DNA from: an uncultured Clostridia bacterium | GTDB lineage: Bacteria; Bacillota; Clostridia; Christensenellales; CAG-138 | Length of the DNA stretch: 58,464 bases | Direction: 5' to 3' | Assembly (NCBI GenBank): GCA_937915455.1 | Contig: CALDNN010000102.1 | Coordinates: forward strand, 1-58,464 | Shown here: piece by piece, positions 1-9,572 of the stretch | How the letters are laid out: each line of letters begins with the position of its first letter | Numbering within the stretch: the stretch's first letter is position 1 | Notes under the pieces: model-generated | What the model was told of the DNA's origin: nothing | The model's input: the letters and a program-made list of their open reading frames with translations, nothing else | The model's database searches: none | Translations under genes and position numbers: made by a program

Positions 1-103
1 GCTCGGCGGCAGGCGCCGCGGGTTCAGCCGCGGGCGTACTGGCGCAAGCTGCGCAAGAGAGCGCCATCATGGCTACCAGAATCAATGCAATGAGTTTTTT
101 CAT
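1..103 (-). CDS. lipoprotein, N-terminal part only (gene runs off the window start)
   Basis: On the minus strand, GGAGGAAACAATAAACC precedes ATG at 103-101. Translation MKKLIALILVAMMALSCAACASTPAAEPAAPAAE gives a signal peptide, lipobox Cys and Pro/Ala linker. It is missing from the ORF track because no stop lies inside the window. Confidence 0.55.
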   Translation of the reverse strand, partial: MKKLIALILVAMMALSCAACASTPAAEPAAPAAE

Positions 104-303
104 GGTTTATTGTTTCCTCCTTAAGAATTTGGGGCGGTTTCAAGCGCCCTTGTATTCTCGGCGCAGTTACCCGCGCCAAGCTTATAAAGCAACCAAGGCT
201 GCTTTTCAACAAAGGGACATTCGATTCGTTAAAGGGTGATCCGCGCTTCTCTCCTGCGCAATCCGGCGGCATGTGCAGGGCCAACCGATTTCGTGATGCA
301 CGT

Positions 304-332
304 ATCATAGCACACTTCCCTCCCCATTGCAA
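304..332 (-). promoter_or_regulatory. candidate sigma-A promoter (TTGCAA-17-TATGAT) upstream of the partial lipoprotein gene
   Basis: Minus-strand TTGCAA (332-327), a 17-nt spacer, then TATGAT (309-304). This implies a roughly 190-nt leader. Confidence 0.35.
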
Positions 333-647
333 TACCTTTTGCGCATAAGGTATTGATGTTATCGCATTTTTTCATCATGCCTCCGCTGTTTTTGTGGAAT
401 TTCTTCGCTTTTTTGTCCACAAGTTTACACAAAAAAGCAGGCGTTTTCGCCGCCCCAAGGCCGCCTGTCCGCCTGCCGAGTTTTCACGTTCGATACAGAA
501 ACATAACCCTCATCGCCAAGGTTATCCACGGGCGATCTTTCAAGAATCTTCCTTATATTATATTTTCAATATTCTCACCAGCGTGGGTGGCGAATGCTAT
601 TATGCATAGCGGAGTCACAGCGGTTGCTGCAGCTCACCTCGTTGTTG

Positions 648-1355
648 CTATTTCAACTTGCCTCCGGCAAGTTGTACGGCATGCCTGGCCGTTACCTCGG
701 TGGGGTCCAGAAGAGCGGGAGCCCGGAGGGGATACTTTTCAAAAATCAGCGGCAATTCCGTGCAGCCCAGGATGAAAGATTCGGCCCCCTCTTGGGCCAA
801 ACGGTTCAAGGCCGTCTGCATCGCATCGATGGGCAAGTCCTCCCGGCCGGCTTTGAGTCCATAGCTCACGTCCATGACCAGGGCCTGCTCCCGGGCGTTG
901 GGTTTGAGAAGCTCCACGCCGCCATCTTCAAAGGCATGATCATATATCCCAGAGGCTACCGTGCCGTCCGTGGCTAAGAGGGCAGCCCGCTTTATGCCGG
1001 ATCGGGCGGCCTGGGCCGCCGTTTCCCGCGGCATGTGGAGGAGCGGGATGGAAAGGGTTTCACAAATCCGGTCATAAAAATAATGAGCTGTATTGCATGC
1101 CATAACTAAAATATGCGCACCGGCCATTTCCAGGGCCCGCGCGGCCCTACGCAACTCCGGCACAGGGTCTTCGCCGCCCGAAAGGATGGCGGCGGTCCTG
1201 TCCGGTATGGTCGTATCGCTATATACCAACAGCGGTATATGCTCCTGGTCGCAGGCGGCGGCCGTGCAACGGATGATTTTCGTCATAATATCTACGGTGG
1301 CAAGGGGCCCCATGCCACCAATAATGCCAATGGTCTTATAATGCTGTTGTTCCAT
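648..1355 (-). CDS. aspartate racemase (Asp/Glu racemase family)
   Basis: 235 aa. N-terminal IGIIGGMGPLAT, plus both catalytic Cys motifs MACNTAHYF and ILGCTELPLI. Confidence 0.85.
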   Translation of the reverse strand: MEQQHYKTIGIIGGMGPLATVDIMTKIIRCTAAACDQEHIPLLVYSDTTIPDRTAAILSGGEDPVPELRRAARALEMAGAHILVMACNTAHYFYDRICETLSIPLLHMPRETAAQAARSGIKRAALLATDGTVASGIYDHAFEDGGVELLKPNAREQALVMDVSYGLKAGREDLPIDAMQTALNRLAQEGAESFILGCTELPLIFEKYPLRAPALLDPTEVTARHAVQLAGGKLK

Positions 1356-1771
1356 AAAAATACCCCTACGCCGCTTTTGCTAAGAGTCCTAACACTTATA
1401 ATTCCACGCCCGTTCCCTGGTAAGCTAAAATATATGCCGGCATGTGTAGAGCACCCCGTGTACCCAGGTCCTAGGGTTCGCGTATAATTGCGATACCTCC
1501 GGTTTGCTCTCGTTTATATAATTTTTGCTAAGATTTATGATAGTATATAGATAATGCTTCAAAAATATCGATTTTTCTTAAGCTTTTTTAATCGGTTCTC
1601 AGTAAATGACAATGAAATCAACTGTTAATTGTTGTTAAGATATGCTATAGTATATTTCAGATAATGCATTGCTGTCAACGATTCTTGCTCAACTTTTCTT
1701 ATCAGTCCTCACAATTAAACAGGGAACCTATCCATACAACAGTTCATCTTACAACAGAAAGGGGGATCATA

Positions 1772-3022
1772 ATGGAACAAGCGGAAAAAAAGAAGCTCCA
1801 CCTGACGGTGAAGATCCTTATCGGCCTGATCGCCGGCATTATCGTTGGCATCGTCCTAAACCTTACAGGTCAGGCGGAAATCGCGAACACCTATATCAAA
1901 CCCTTTGGCACGCTGTTTTTGAACCTGATTAAAATGGCGATTGTACCCCTGGTATTCTCCTCGCTCGTTATGGGCGCGTGTGGATTGGGCGACATCAAAA
2001 AGGTTGGCCGCGTTGGCTTGAAAACCATCGTATACTTCTTAATAACCACTGCCTTCGCAGTCATACTGGGTCTTATCATCGGTAAGGTGTTCAATGTGGG
2101 GCACGGGCTTACCCTCCCGACGGATGCCGCTTACGAGGCGCCTGCCGCCACGAATTTCGTGGATACGCTACTCAATATCATACCTACCAACCCATTCAAC
2201 GCGCTGACACAGGGAAATATGCTTCAGGTTATCGCGTTTGCGCTGTTTGTAGGCGTGGCAATAGCCATCCTTGGGCCCAAGGCGGAAACCTTCAAGAAGG
2301 GGATGGAAGGCTTTGCCGAGATCATGTATACCATCATCGGCGGCATCATGAAGCTCGCTCCCTATGCCGTGTTCGCGCTCATCATCCCCGTTGTGGCCGC
2401 ACAGGGGGCGGCTGTTCTAGGGCCGCTGTTCATGCTGGTGCTGGCCGTGTATCTGGCCTGCGCGTTGCATGCGGCGATCGTCTATTCGCTTGCCGTAAAG
2501 CTTTGGGGCAAGATGAGCCCCGCCAAGTTCTTCAAGCTTGCGGCTCCCGCAATGCTGTTTGCGTACACCACGGCGAGTTCCTCGGCAACGCTGCCGTTTA
2601 CGATGGAATGTTCGCGCAAGATGGGGGTTTCGCCGCAGATACGCTCCTTTGTGCTTCCTCTGGGCGCTACGGTAAACATGGATGGTACCGCGGCGTTCCA
2701 AGGCATTTGCGCGTTGTTCGTGGCGGCCGTATACGGCATAGACCTCACGCTGGGCCAGATGGCGATGATCGTGCTTTCCGCCACACTTGCCTCCATTGGC
2801 ACGGCGGGCGTTCCGGGTGCGGGTACCGTTATGCTGGGCATGGTGCTTACCACCGTTGGCTTGCCGCTTGAGGCGATCGTCATCATCATGGGTGTTGAGC
2901 GCATCATGGATATGGCACGTACCTGCATCAACATTACGGGCGATATGGCCTGTGCCGTAGTGGTTGCCAGATCCGAAAATGAGCTCGACGAAAAGTATAC
3001 CGCAATAGAGGTCGAGGCATAA
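1772..3022 (+). CDS. dicarboxylate/amino acid:cation symporter (DAACS, GltP/GltT-like)
   Basis: Multi-TM protein with SSSATLP, PLGATVNMDGTA and the GVPGAG hairpin motif. Start moved to ATG 1772 (MEQAEKKK), which follows GGGGGA; the ORF-track start at 1664 has no RBS. Confidence 0.9.
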   Translation: MEQAEKKKLHLTVKILIGLIAGIIVGIVLNLTGQAEIANTYIKPFGTLFLNLIKMAIVPLVFSSLVMGACGLGDIKKVGRVGLKTIVYFLITTAFAVILGLIIGKVFNVGHGLTLPTDAAYEAPAATNFVDTLLNIIPTNPFNALTQGNMLQVIAFALFVGVAIAILGPKAETFKKGMEGFAEIMYTIIGGIMKLAPYAVFALIIPVVAAQGAAVLGPLFMLVLAVYLACALHAAIVYSLAVKLWGKMSPAKFFKLAAPAMLFAYTTASSSATLPFTMECSRKMGVSPQIRSFVLPLGATVNMDGTAAFQGICALFVAAVYGIDLTLGQMAMIVLSATLASIGTAGVPGAGTVMLGMVLTTVGLPLEAIVIIMGVERIMDMARTCINITGDMACAVVVARSENELDEKYTAIEVEA

Positions 3023-3072
3023 AACCCGCTTAACAGCAATGCATTATAGGCTCGCCGAGGACTGACAAGGAG

Positions 3073-3114
3073 GGCTGTTTCAGCAGTAAAAAGCTGAAAC
3101 AGCCTATCTTTTCT
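3073..3114 (+). terminator. rho-independent terminator of the symporter gene
   Basis: GGCTGTTTCAGC-(8 nt)-GCTGAAACAGCC, a perfect 12-bp stem, followed by TATCTTTTCTATTT. Confidence 0.7.
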
Positions 3115-3431
3115 ATTTATGTGGACAATACCAATGCTCGCTCATGGCGCAATAAAAAAATAAGTTGCCTCCTATTGATTACCGATGGTGTAGCATCGTA
3201 TCCGTTATACCCGAACGGGGGAAACCGGTGTGCAAAGGCGGTAAATGAGCGCAAAAAAGCTGCCCCATATGGCCTTGGCTGGCCACATAGGGCGACTGAA
3301 GTGTCTATTTAGCTGCCGAAAGCCAATATATCTGCAGCAAATCGTTCTCGGCGCAAACGAGCGCAGGAATGCAAAAAGCCCAGACAAAGTCCGGGCTTTG
3401 GAGTGACATATCTATTTCGATATATCATTCT

Positions 3432-3507
3432 TGGTACACCCTCAGGGGCTCGAACCCTGGACACCCTGATTAAGAGTCAGGTGCTCTACCAGCTGAGCTA
3501 AGGGTGC
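3432..3507 (-). tRNA. tRNA-Lys (anticodon CTT)
   Basis: The reverse complement GCACCCTTAGCTCAGCTGGTAGAGCACCTGACTCTTAATCAGGGTGTCCAGGGTTCGAGCCCCTGAGGGTGTACCA folds as a cloverleaf. Anticodon loop is CTCTTAA; CCA is encoded. Confidence 0.9.
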
Positions 3508-3514
3508 TTGGAGA

Positions 3515-3590
3515 TGGAGCGGGAGACGGGGCTCGAACCCGCCACCTCCGCCTTGGCAAGGCGGCGCTCTACCAAATGAGCTACTCCCGC
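3515..3590 (-). tRNA. tRNA-Gly (anticodon GCC)
   Basis: The reverse complement GCGGGAGTAGCTCATTTGGTAGAGCGCCGCCTTGCCAAGGCGGAGGTGGCGGGTTCGAGCCCCGTCTCCCGCTCCA has anticodon loop TTGCCAA. It is identical over 76 nt to the plus-strand copy at 11388-11463. Confidence 0.92.
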
Positions 3591-4203
3591 AGGCGGCTTT
3601 TCAGCGCGCTTGATTATTGTAGCGCAAACCGCACCGCTTGTCAAGGCTCTGGCCGTCATTTTCTGCAAGCCGGCGAAAGCGTAATTTTTTGAGGTGATCG
3701 GCCTGATTATTGATCCTTTTCACAGAAGGCGTATTGGCTCTTTTCGGCCTTTTTCGCCTCGCACATAGCCTTGTTGGAATTGCAGATCAGCTCCTCCGCC
3801 ATGCGCCTGATGCCGATCTCTTCCTTGAGCTTCTTGGTGCAACCTCCACCAGGAATTACAGGTTTGCATATTGCATAGAGATAGGCGTTTCCTAGGGGGA
3901 TGTTCGGCCGCGAGGCGATCACGTGCAGGGCTTCCAGGCACTTGGTATCGAATATGACGGCGGCATTGGGCGATCTGCCGAGCCCGGGCGCGCATTGATA
4001 GGCCGGGGCTGGAAATATATATTAATGTAGAATATGTCGAATCTCACATAGGTCCCTTCCCGCGATCGCGGCGTTTCGCCGCGCAAACCCACATCGGATA
4101 TTCACCTTGCTTTGTATCCGCCGCCATGAACAACCCATTCCCCGCCGGCGCAGAGCCCGAATTTGTGCGCCCCAACCAATTATATGAGATTTGAGCGAAA
4201 GCT

Positions 4204-5328
4204 TTAGTCCGTGGGCTGAGGATTCCATTCGTTGCCATCGTAATCTACGCCCAGGATGGTAATGTTAAAGTTGCGGCTGTCGTGGAGCAGATCCAGCGCT
4301 TTACCCTTTCTGGAACCGGCGGAGATGATGCGTACGACCGGCCGCAAGGTGTTTTCTTTGTGGTTTTTAACGACCACGGCCTGCTCGCCGCTGCTCAGGC
4401 GTACGCAAAGGCCCACTGGGTAGGCGTCCACACTGCGCAGGAAGGCGGTGACCACAGCGGGGTCGAAGTGCTTTCCGGAATTGGCCATGATGTGCTCGAT
4501 GGCCTCGTTGGGCATGAGGGCGCGGCGGTAGGGGCGCTTGGAAGTGAGCGCGTCGTAAACATCCGCGGCTGCGAGGATGCGGCCAAAGAGGCTGATATCA
4601 TCGCCCTTTAGGCCCTTGGGATAACCACCGCCGTCGTATTGCTCGTGGTGCTGGGCCACGGCCAGTAGCACCTTGGGGGATATCTGCACGGTGCTGCGCG
4701 GGAACATCTCCACACCCAACATCGGGTGCCGCCGCATGATGGAGAATTCCTCTTCGGTGAGCTTGCCGGGCTTGTTTACGATCCAGCGGGGGATGCGCGC
4801 CTTGCCCATATCATGCAAAAGGCCGCTGAGCGCCAACTTTTCTAGCGTACTTACCCGCATGCCCATGGACATGCCCGTGACCACGCTATAAATGGAAACG
4901 GAAAGGCAATGGCGGTAGGTATAGTCATCGTAATTCTTAAGATCCATCATGTTGAACATCACTTCCGTGCTGCCCATGATGCTCTCTACCAGCTGGCGCG
5001 AGATGGTAGAAAGAACCTCGACCCTGTTTTGGATCGTACGTGCGTTGCAGTTGGAGCCGAAATCGTCATACACCGCCCGAATCTCGTTCACGGCCTTGGT
5101 CCGCAGGGCCTCGTTGACCAGTTCCGGTATCTCCATGTCGTCGTCAGCTGCGGAATTACGAATATAAACCCCCGCGATGCCATTGGCCTGGATGCGGAGG
5201 ATATTGACCTCTGTTAACCTTTGCCCGGCGGAAAGCAGACGAACATGGTGCATATCCCTTGGGTAAGAACAAATGTCACGGGCAACCACCATATCCGGCC
5301 TTAGGTATTCCACGGGAACATAGAGCAT
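4204..5328 (-). CDS. HD-GYP domain c-di-GMP phosphodiesterase
   Basis: 374 aa with LLHDMGKARIP, HHEQYDGGGYPKGL and AADVYDALTSKRPYR. AAGGGA RBS lies upstream of ATG 5328. Confidence 0.9.
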   Translation of the reverse strand: MLYVPVEYLRPDMVVARDICSYPRDMHHVRLLSAGQRLTEVNILRIQANGIAGVYIRNSAADDDMEIPELVNEALRTKAVNEIRAVYDDFGSNCNARTIQNRVEVLSTISRQLVESIMGSTEVMFNMMDLKNYDDYTYRHCLSVSIYSVVTGMSMGMRVSTLEKLALSGLLHDMGKARIPRWIVNKPGKLTEEEFSIMRRHPMLGVEMFPRSTVQISPKVLLAVAQHHEQYDGGGYPKGLKGDDISLFGRILAAADVYDALTSKRPYRRALMPNEAIEHIMANSGKHFDPAVVTAFLRSVDAYPVGLCVRLSSGEQAVVVKNHKENTLRPVVRIISAGSRKGKALDLLHDSRNFNITILGVDYDGNEWNPQPTD

Positions 5329-5736
5329 GCTTTTATTTCCCTTCTGGAGCGTAACATTTTTAACAACACTTTACATTATACAATATTCGCGCTTTTCTGT
5401 ATACCTTTTCAGCGCAAACTGTAATACAATTAAACACCCGCTTACTTTTTGGCTACGGGAAAAAATCGCCAATGAATATTTAATCGCCAAATTTCCCGTT
5501 TTTTTAATAGCCTGGCGCAAAATAATAATATGGCCTGCACCGTAGCGCCACCTGAAGCGCCGCGCGGAGAGACTTTGCATCTTAAGCCCGCCGACACGGG
5601 AGTACCGTTTGCTTTTGGCTATATATCCCATACGCGTGCCCTTTTTCATAACCCGGTATTGCCGCAATCACGCTTATAGCCTTAGTCGCCCGTACCCGTA
5701 TGTGTAGGGCGGGGCCCGGCTGCGCATACTCATATC

Positions 5737-6093
5737 ATGAAAAAGGAAAGGTGCAGGGCCCTGGCTGCGGGGCTGATAACCGGGTTTTGTAACGGCCTCT
5801 TGGGTGCAGGGGGCGGTATGATTGCCGTGCTGGCCCTTCGCCGCCTCTGCGGCCTAGCCGAAAAGGAGGCCCACGCCACGGCCATCGCCGTGATGCTGCC
5901 GCTTACGGCCCTCTCCGGCCTGCTGTATGCCCTGCGCAGTGCCGTAGCCTGGGATGTGCTGGCTTTCGTAGCCCCAGCGCTGACGCTGGGCAGCTTCCTG
6001 GGGGCCAAGCTTACGGGCCGCCTGCCCGAGAAAGCCTTACGGCGGATCTTCGCCGCGCTGATGATGGCCGCGGGGGCCTTTATGCTGTTGTGA
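5737..6093 (+). CDS. TSUP (TauE/SafE) family half-size membrane protein, first half
   Basis: 118 aa, about 4 TM segments, glycine-rich GLLGAGGGMI motif typical of TSUP repeat units. Confidence 0.7.
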   Translation: MKKERCRALAAGLITGFCNGLLGAGGGMIAVLALRRLCGLAEKEAHATAIAVMLPLTALSGLLYALRSAVAWDVLAFVAPALTLGSFLGAKLTGRLPEKALRRIFAALMMAAGAFMLL

Positions 6094-6443
6094 AGGGGCT
6101 GTGGTATCTGCTCGCGGGGACGCTCTCCGGCCTGCTTGCGGGCATGGGCATGGGCGGTGGCACGCTGCTGATCCCGGCGCTGACGATTCTGTTGGGCGTA
6201 GGCCAACACCAGGCCCAGGGGGTAAATATGCTGGCTTTTTTGCCCGCAGCCCTGCTAGCCCTACATATCCACCGAAAAGAAGGGCGGGTATCGCTCCAGC
6301 ATGCCTGGCCCATCCTGCTCTCGGGCCTCGCGGGAGCGGCTTTGGGCACGCTGGCCGCGGCCGCGCTTGAGGCAGCCTGGCTGAAAAAGGCATTCGGCGC
6401 TTTTTTGTTTTTTTTGGGGCTTATGCAATGGCGGAAGCCATAA
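6090..6443 (+). CDS. TSUP (TauE/SafE) family half-size membrane protein, second half
   Basis: 117 aa, about 4 TM segments, GMGMGGGTLLIP motif. Its GTG start overlaps the upstream TGA (GTGA), in a different frame. Confidence 0.7.
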   Translation: MKGLWYLLAGTLSGLLAGMGMGGGTLLIPALTILLGVGQHQAQGVNMLAFLPAALLALHIHRKEGRVSLQHAWPILLSGLAGAALGTLAAAALEAAWLKKAFGAFLFFLGLMQWRKP

Positions 6444-6549
6444 ATATCTTAACCGTTTGGCATCTTTTAATGCTTTTTCAACAAAAAAGTCAATTTGTCA
6501 AATAATAGACAAAGCAATAATAAAATTATAGTATTAACGCCGGGATATG

Positions 6550-6558
6550 TGCTATAAT
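6550..6558 (+). promoter_or_regulatory. extended -10 promoter element (TGCTATAAT) upstream of rnf
   Basis: TGnTATAAT at 6550-6558 in an AT-rich intergenic region. The -35 element is poor. Confidence 0.4.
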
Positions 6559-6603
6559 ACTCGCAGCTTATCGCAAATCGGACTAATTCTGCGGGTTTTG
6601 TTT

Positions 6604-6637
6604 CGGCGCGGGCCCGCACGCCGGTTTGTTTGTTTTT
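6604..6637 (+). promoter_or_regulatory. GC-rich hairpin plus T-tract in the rnf leader (attenuator-like)
   Basis: CGGCGCGGGCCCGCACGCCG followed by GTTTGTTTGTTTTT, lying between the putative promoter and the rnfC start. Confidence 0.3.
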
Positions 6638-6680
6638 ATGTTTATCTTATGTTAACCGTTTTGAAAGGCAGGTGCTTCTT

Positions 6681-8012
6681 TTGCCACAATACTCCATGCG
6701 GGGCGGCGTGCATCCGCTGGATGGCGCGCGAGGCGGGAAAACTTCTACCAGCAGCTCACCCATCCGGCCCTATGTGGCCAAGTCCGTGCAGATCCCCATG
6801 TGCCAAGCCATTGGCGCGCCCAGCGTGCCCATCGTGCAGGCGGGAGATCAGGTCAAGCTGGGCCAGAAGATCGGCGAGGCTGCGGGGTTCATGAGTCTAC
6901 CCGCACACGCCTCGGTCTCCGGCCGGGTGGTCAGCGTAGAGCAGCGGATGCTGATGTTGGGCAACCCCATCCTCACCGTTACCATCGAGAACGACGGGCG
7001 GGACGACTGGGCCGAGCTGACTCCCCTGGGCAAAGATGTGGAGAGCGTGAACGCGGCCTCCATCATCCCCGCCATTAAGGAGGCCGGCATTTGCGGCATG
7101 GGTGGAGCCACCTTCCCCACCCACGTCAAGCTGACCATTCCCGAGGGGAAAAGCTGCGATTCCATCATCGTCAACGGTGCGGAATGCGAAACACACGTGA
7201 CCGCGGATCACAGGCTGATGTTGGAAGAACCGGCACGCATCGTCAATGGCCTTCGCCTGGCGATGAAAGCCTTGGGTGTGAAATACGGCATCATCGGCAT
7301 TGAGGATAATAAAAAAGACGCCATCGAGACCATGAAAGCGGCCATCGCGGGAATCGAAGGGCTGCATGTGATGCCGCTTTACACCAAGTACCCGCAGGGC
7401 GGCGAACGCCAGCTCATCCATGCCGTGACCGGCTACGAGGTGCCCGTTCATGGCCTGCCTATCGATATCGGTGTGGTAGTGCTCAACGTGGGCACGGCCG
7501 CGGCCATCGCCGACGCAGTGCTGCTGGGCAAGCCGCTGATCGAGCGGGTCACCACGGTAACCGGCTGCGTAAAGGAACCTGCCAATTTGCGCCTGCGCAT
7601 CGGCACCAGCGCTTCCGAGGCCGTGGAGGCCTGCGGTGGTTATAAAGAAGAACCGTATACGCTCCTAATGGGCGGCGCGATGACCGGCATTTGCATGCCC
7701 GATGACAAGCCGCCCATCGGCAAGGGCACCAACTGCCTTTTGGCCCTTACGGAAGCGGAGAGCAAAACGCCCGCCGAGCAGCCCTGCATCCGTTGTGGCC
7801 GCTGTGTGGACGTTTGCCCGGCAGGGTTGAAGCCCTTCCTTCTCAAGCATTTTTGCGACAAGGGCGATTTGGCCGGGGCACAGGCCAACGATGTGACGGA
7901 ATGCATCGTTTGCGGCTGCTGCTCCTACATCTGCCCGGCCAGGCTGGCCCTTACGGCCTCCTTCAAAAATACTAAGGACGCCATCGCGCGCCAGGCAAGG
8001 AGGGCCAAATAA
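6681..8012 (+). CDS. rnfC: Rnf complex subunit C
   Basis: RGGVHP N-terminus, NADH/FMN-binding region GMGGATFPTHVK, and two 4Fe-4S motifs (CIRCGRCVDVCP, CIVCGCCSYICP). TTG 6681 sits 8 nt after AGGCAGG; ATG 6696 is the alternative start. Confidence 0.9.
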   Translation: MPQYSMRGGVHPLDGARGGKTSTSSSPIRPYVAKSVQIPMCQAIGAPSVPIVQAGDQVKLGQKIGEAAGFMSLPAHASVSGRVVSVEQRMLMLGNPILTVTIENDGRDDWAELTPLGKDVESVNAASIIPAIKEAGICGMGGATFPTHVKLTIPEGKSCDSIIVNGAECETHVTADHRLMLEEPARIVNGLRLAMKALGVKYGIIGIEDNKKDAIETMKAAIAGIEGLHVMPLYTKYPQGGERQLIHAVTGYEVPVHGLPIDIGVVVLNVGTAAAIADAVLLGKPLIERVTTVTGCVKEPANLRLRIGTSASEAVEACGGYKEEPYTLLMGGAMTGICMPDDKPPIGKGTNCLLALTEAESKTPAEQPCIRCGRCVDVCPAGLKPFLLKHFCDKGDLAGAQANDVTECIVCGCCSYICPARLALTASFKNTKDAIARQARRAK

Positions 8013-8013
8013 G

Positions 8014-8934
8014 ATGGGACTGCACATATCCAACGCGCCCTTTATTTACAATAAAGATACCACCCGCTCCTTGATGCTGGATGTGATCTTGGCTCTGTTG
8101 CCCACCACCCTGGCCGGTATCTTCTTCTTCGGCCTGGGCGCTCTATTGCATGTGCTGGTGGGCACGGCGTCTGCCATGCTGGCGGAATACGCCTACCAAA
8201 AGCTTACCCATAAGCCCGTGCGCATCCGCGATTGTTCCGCCGCGCTCACGGGCATGCTGCTGGCCCTTAATATGCCCGTAAGCGCCCCGCTGTGGGTGAC
8301 GCTGATCGGCAGCGCGGTAGCCATCGTGCTGGTGAAAGAGCTTTTCGGCGGCATCGGCGATAACTTCATGAACCCGGCGCTCACGGCCCGTGCCATCCTC
8401 ATGGCCAGCTGGCCCGTGGCCATGACGGCTTACACCCAGCCCGTGTTTTCCCTGGGCCTGCAAGCGGACGCAGTTTCCTCGGCAACTGTGCTGCACGGTC
8501 TATCGGCTACGCCCCTGCAGATGTTCCTGGGCTTCATCCCCGGCACCATTGGCGAAGTGAGCAAGGCGGCCATCCTCATCGGCTTCCTATATCTGCTGCT
8601 AAAGGGCGTTATCACCTGGCATATCCCGGTGATCTATGTGGGCAGCTACGCCCTGCTGGCGCTGGCTCTTGGCAATAACGTTTTAAACGGCGTGTTATCG
8701 GGCGGCATGCTCTTTGGCGCCGTGTTCATGGCTACGGATTACGTTACCAACCCCATGACCCGCAGAGGCCAGGTAATCTTTGCCGTGGGCTGCGGCGTGT
8801 TCACCTGCCTGATCCGCAATTTCAGCTCTTACCCCGAGGGCGTCACCTTTGCCATCCTGCTGATGAACATCGCGACCCCTTTGATCGATAAATATGTCAA
8901 GGGTGCTCGGGTATACGGAAAGGGGAAAAAATAA
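8014..8934 (+). CDS. rnfD: Rnf complex subunit D
   Basis: 306 aa polytopic protein with ATDYVTNPMT. DAVSSAT matches the flavinylation-type motif (S/T-G/S-A-T). Confidence 0.9.
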   Translation: MGLHISNAPFIYNKDTTRSLMLDVILALLPTTLAGIFFFGLGALLHVLVGTASAMLAEYAYQKLTHKPVRIRDCSAALTGMLLALNMPVSAPLWVTLIGSAVAIVLVKELFGGIGDNFMNPALTARAILMASWPVAMTAYTQPVFSLGLQADAVSSATVLHGLSATPLQMFLGFIPGTIGEVSKAAILIGFLYLLLKGVITWHIPVIYVGSYALLALALGNNVLNGVLSGGMLFGAVFMATDYVTNPMTRRGQVIFAVGCGVFTCLIRNFSSYPEGVTFAILLMNIATPLIDKYVKGARVYGKGKK

Positions 8935-9572
8935 TGGAAAAGAAACAATCGCTTTCCGGCGTTTTCATGAACGGCGTCATCACGGAAAACCCAACCTTCC
9001 GCCTGGTACTGGGCACCTGCCCCACCATCGCCGTAACCACCAACGCCGTCAACGGCATCGGCATGGGCCTGGCCGCCACCTTCGTGCTGGTAGGCTCCAA
9101 CCTGGTGATCTCCCTGCTGCGCAATTTCATCCCGGATAAAGTGCGCATCCCCGCCTTTGTAGTGGTGATCTGCACCTTTGTAACCATGGTGCAGATGCTC
9201 CTGCAGGCCTATGTGCCCGTGCTCTACGAGAGCCTGGGCCTCTTCATCCCCCTGATCGTGGTTAACTGCATCATCCTGGCCCGGGCCGAGGCCTTTGCCA
9301 GCAAAAACGCGCCCCTGGCCTCCGTGATGGACGGCTTGGGCATGGGCCTGGGCTTCACGGCCGCCATCACCATCATCGGCTGCATCCGCGAGCTGTTCGG
9401 CTCAGGCAGCCTCTTCGGCCTAAACATCATGGGCGCGGGTTACCAGCCCATGTTGATCTTGGTGCTGGCCCCGGGCGGCTTTATCGTGTTCGGCATGGTG
9501 CTGGGCATCGCCAACATCATCATGAAGCGGGCCGATGCGAAAAAAGCGGCTAAGGAGGGCGCACAGGCATGA
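8934..9572 (+). CDS. rnfE: Rnf complex subunit E
   Basis: 212 aa with NPTFRLVLGTCPTIAVTT and IPLIVVNCIILARAEAFA. Its ATG overlaps the rnfD TAA by 1 nt. Confidence 0.9.
   Translation: MEKKQSLSGVFMNGVITENPTFRLVLGTCPTIAVTTNAVNGIGMGLAATFVLVGSNLVISLLRNFIPDKVRIPAFVVVICTFVTMVQMLLQAYVPVLYESLGLFIPLIVVNCIILARAEAFASKNAPLASVMDGLGMGLGFTAAITIIGCIRELFGSGSLFGLNIMGAGYQPMLILVLAPGGFIVFGMVLGIANIIMKRADAKKAAKEGAQA

Noticed and set aside
104-647. About 540 bp without a convincing gene. It holds a possible long structured leader for the partial lipoprotein gene (several short GC hairpins) and ORF-track entries 24-332, 229-432, 353-775 and 394-609.
   Set aside because: I compared the leader by eye with the riboswitch consensus sequences I know (TPP, SAM, cobalamin, glycine, lysine, c-di-GMP I/II, c-di-AMP, ZTP, purine) and found no match. 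The ORFs lack RBSs, overlap each other and have junk-like composition. An Rfam scan would settle it.
3205-3387. A 60-aa ORF, and its look-alike at 11604-11834 (76 aa), share SG.FAF..SFAPR...
   Set aside because: unused
3707-3995. Cys-rich 71-aa ORF (GTG start; ...AICKPVIPGGGCTKKLKEEIGIRRMAEELICNSNKAMCEAKK...). The open frame extends upstream to 4021 without an ATG.
   Set aside because: No family was recognised, the RBS is weak, and it sits between tRNAs and the 3' end of the HD-GYP gene. It may be a gene remnant or a small redox protein, but I cannot support either from sequence alone.
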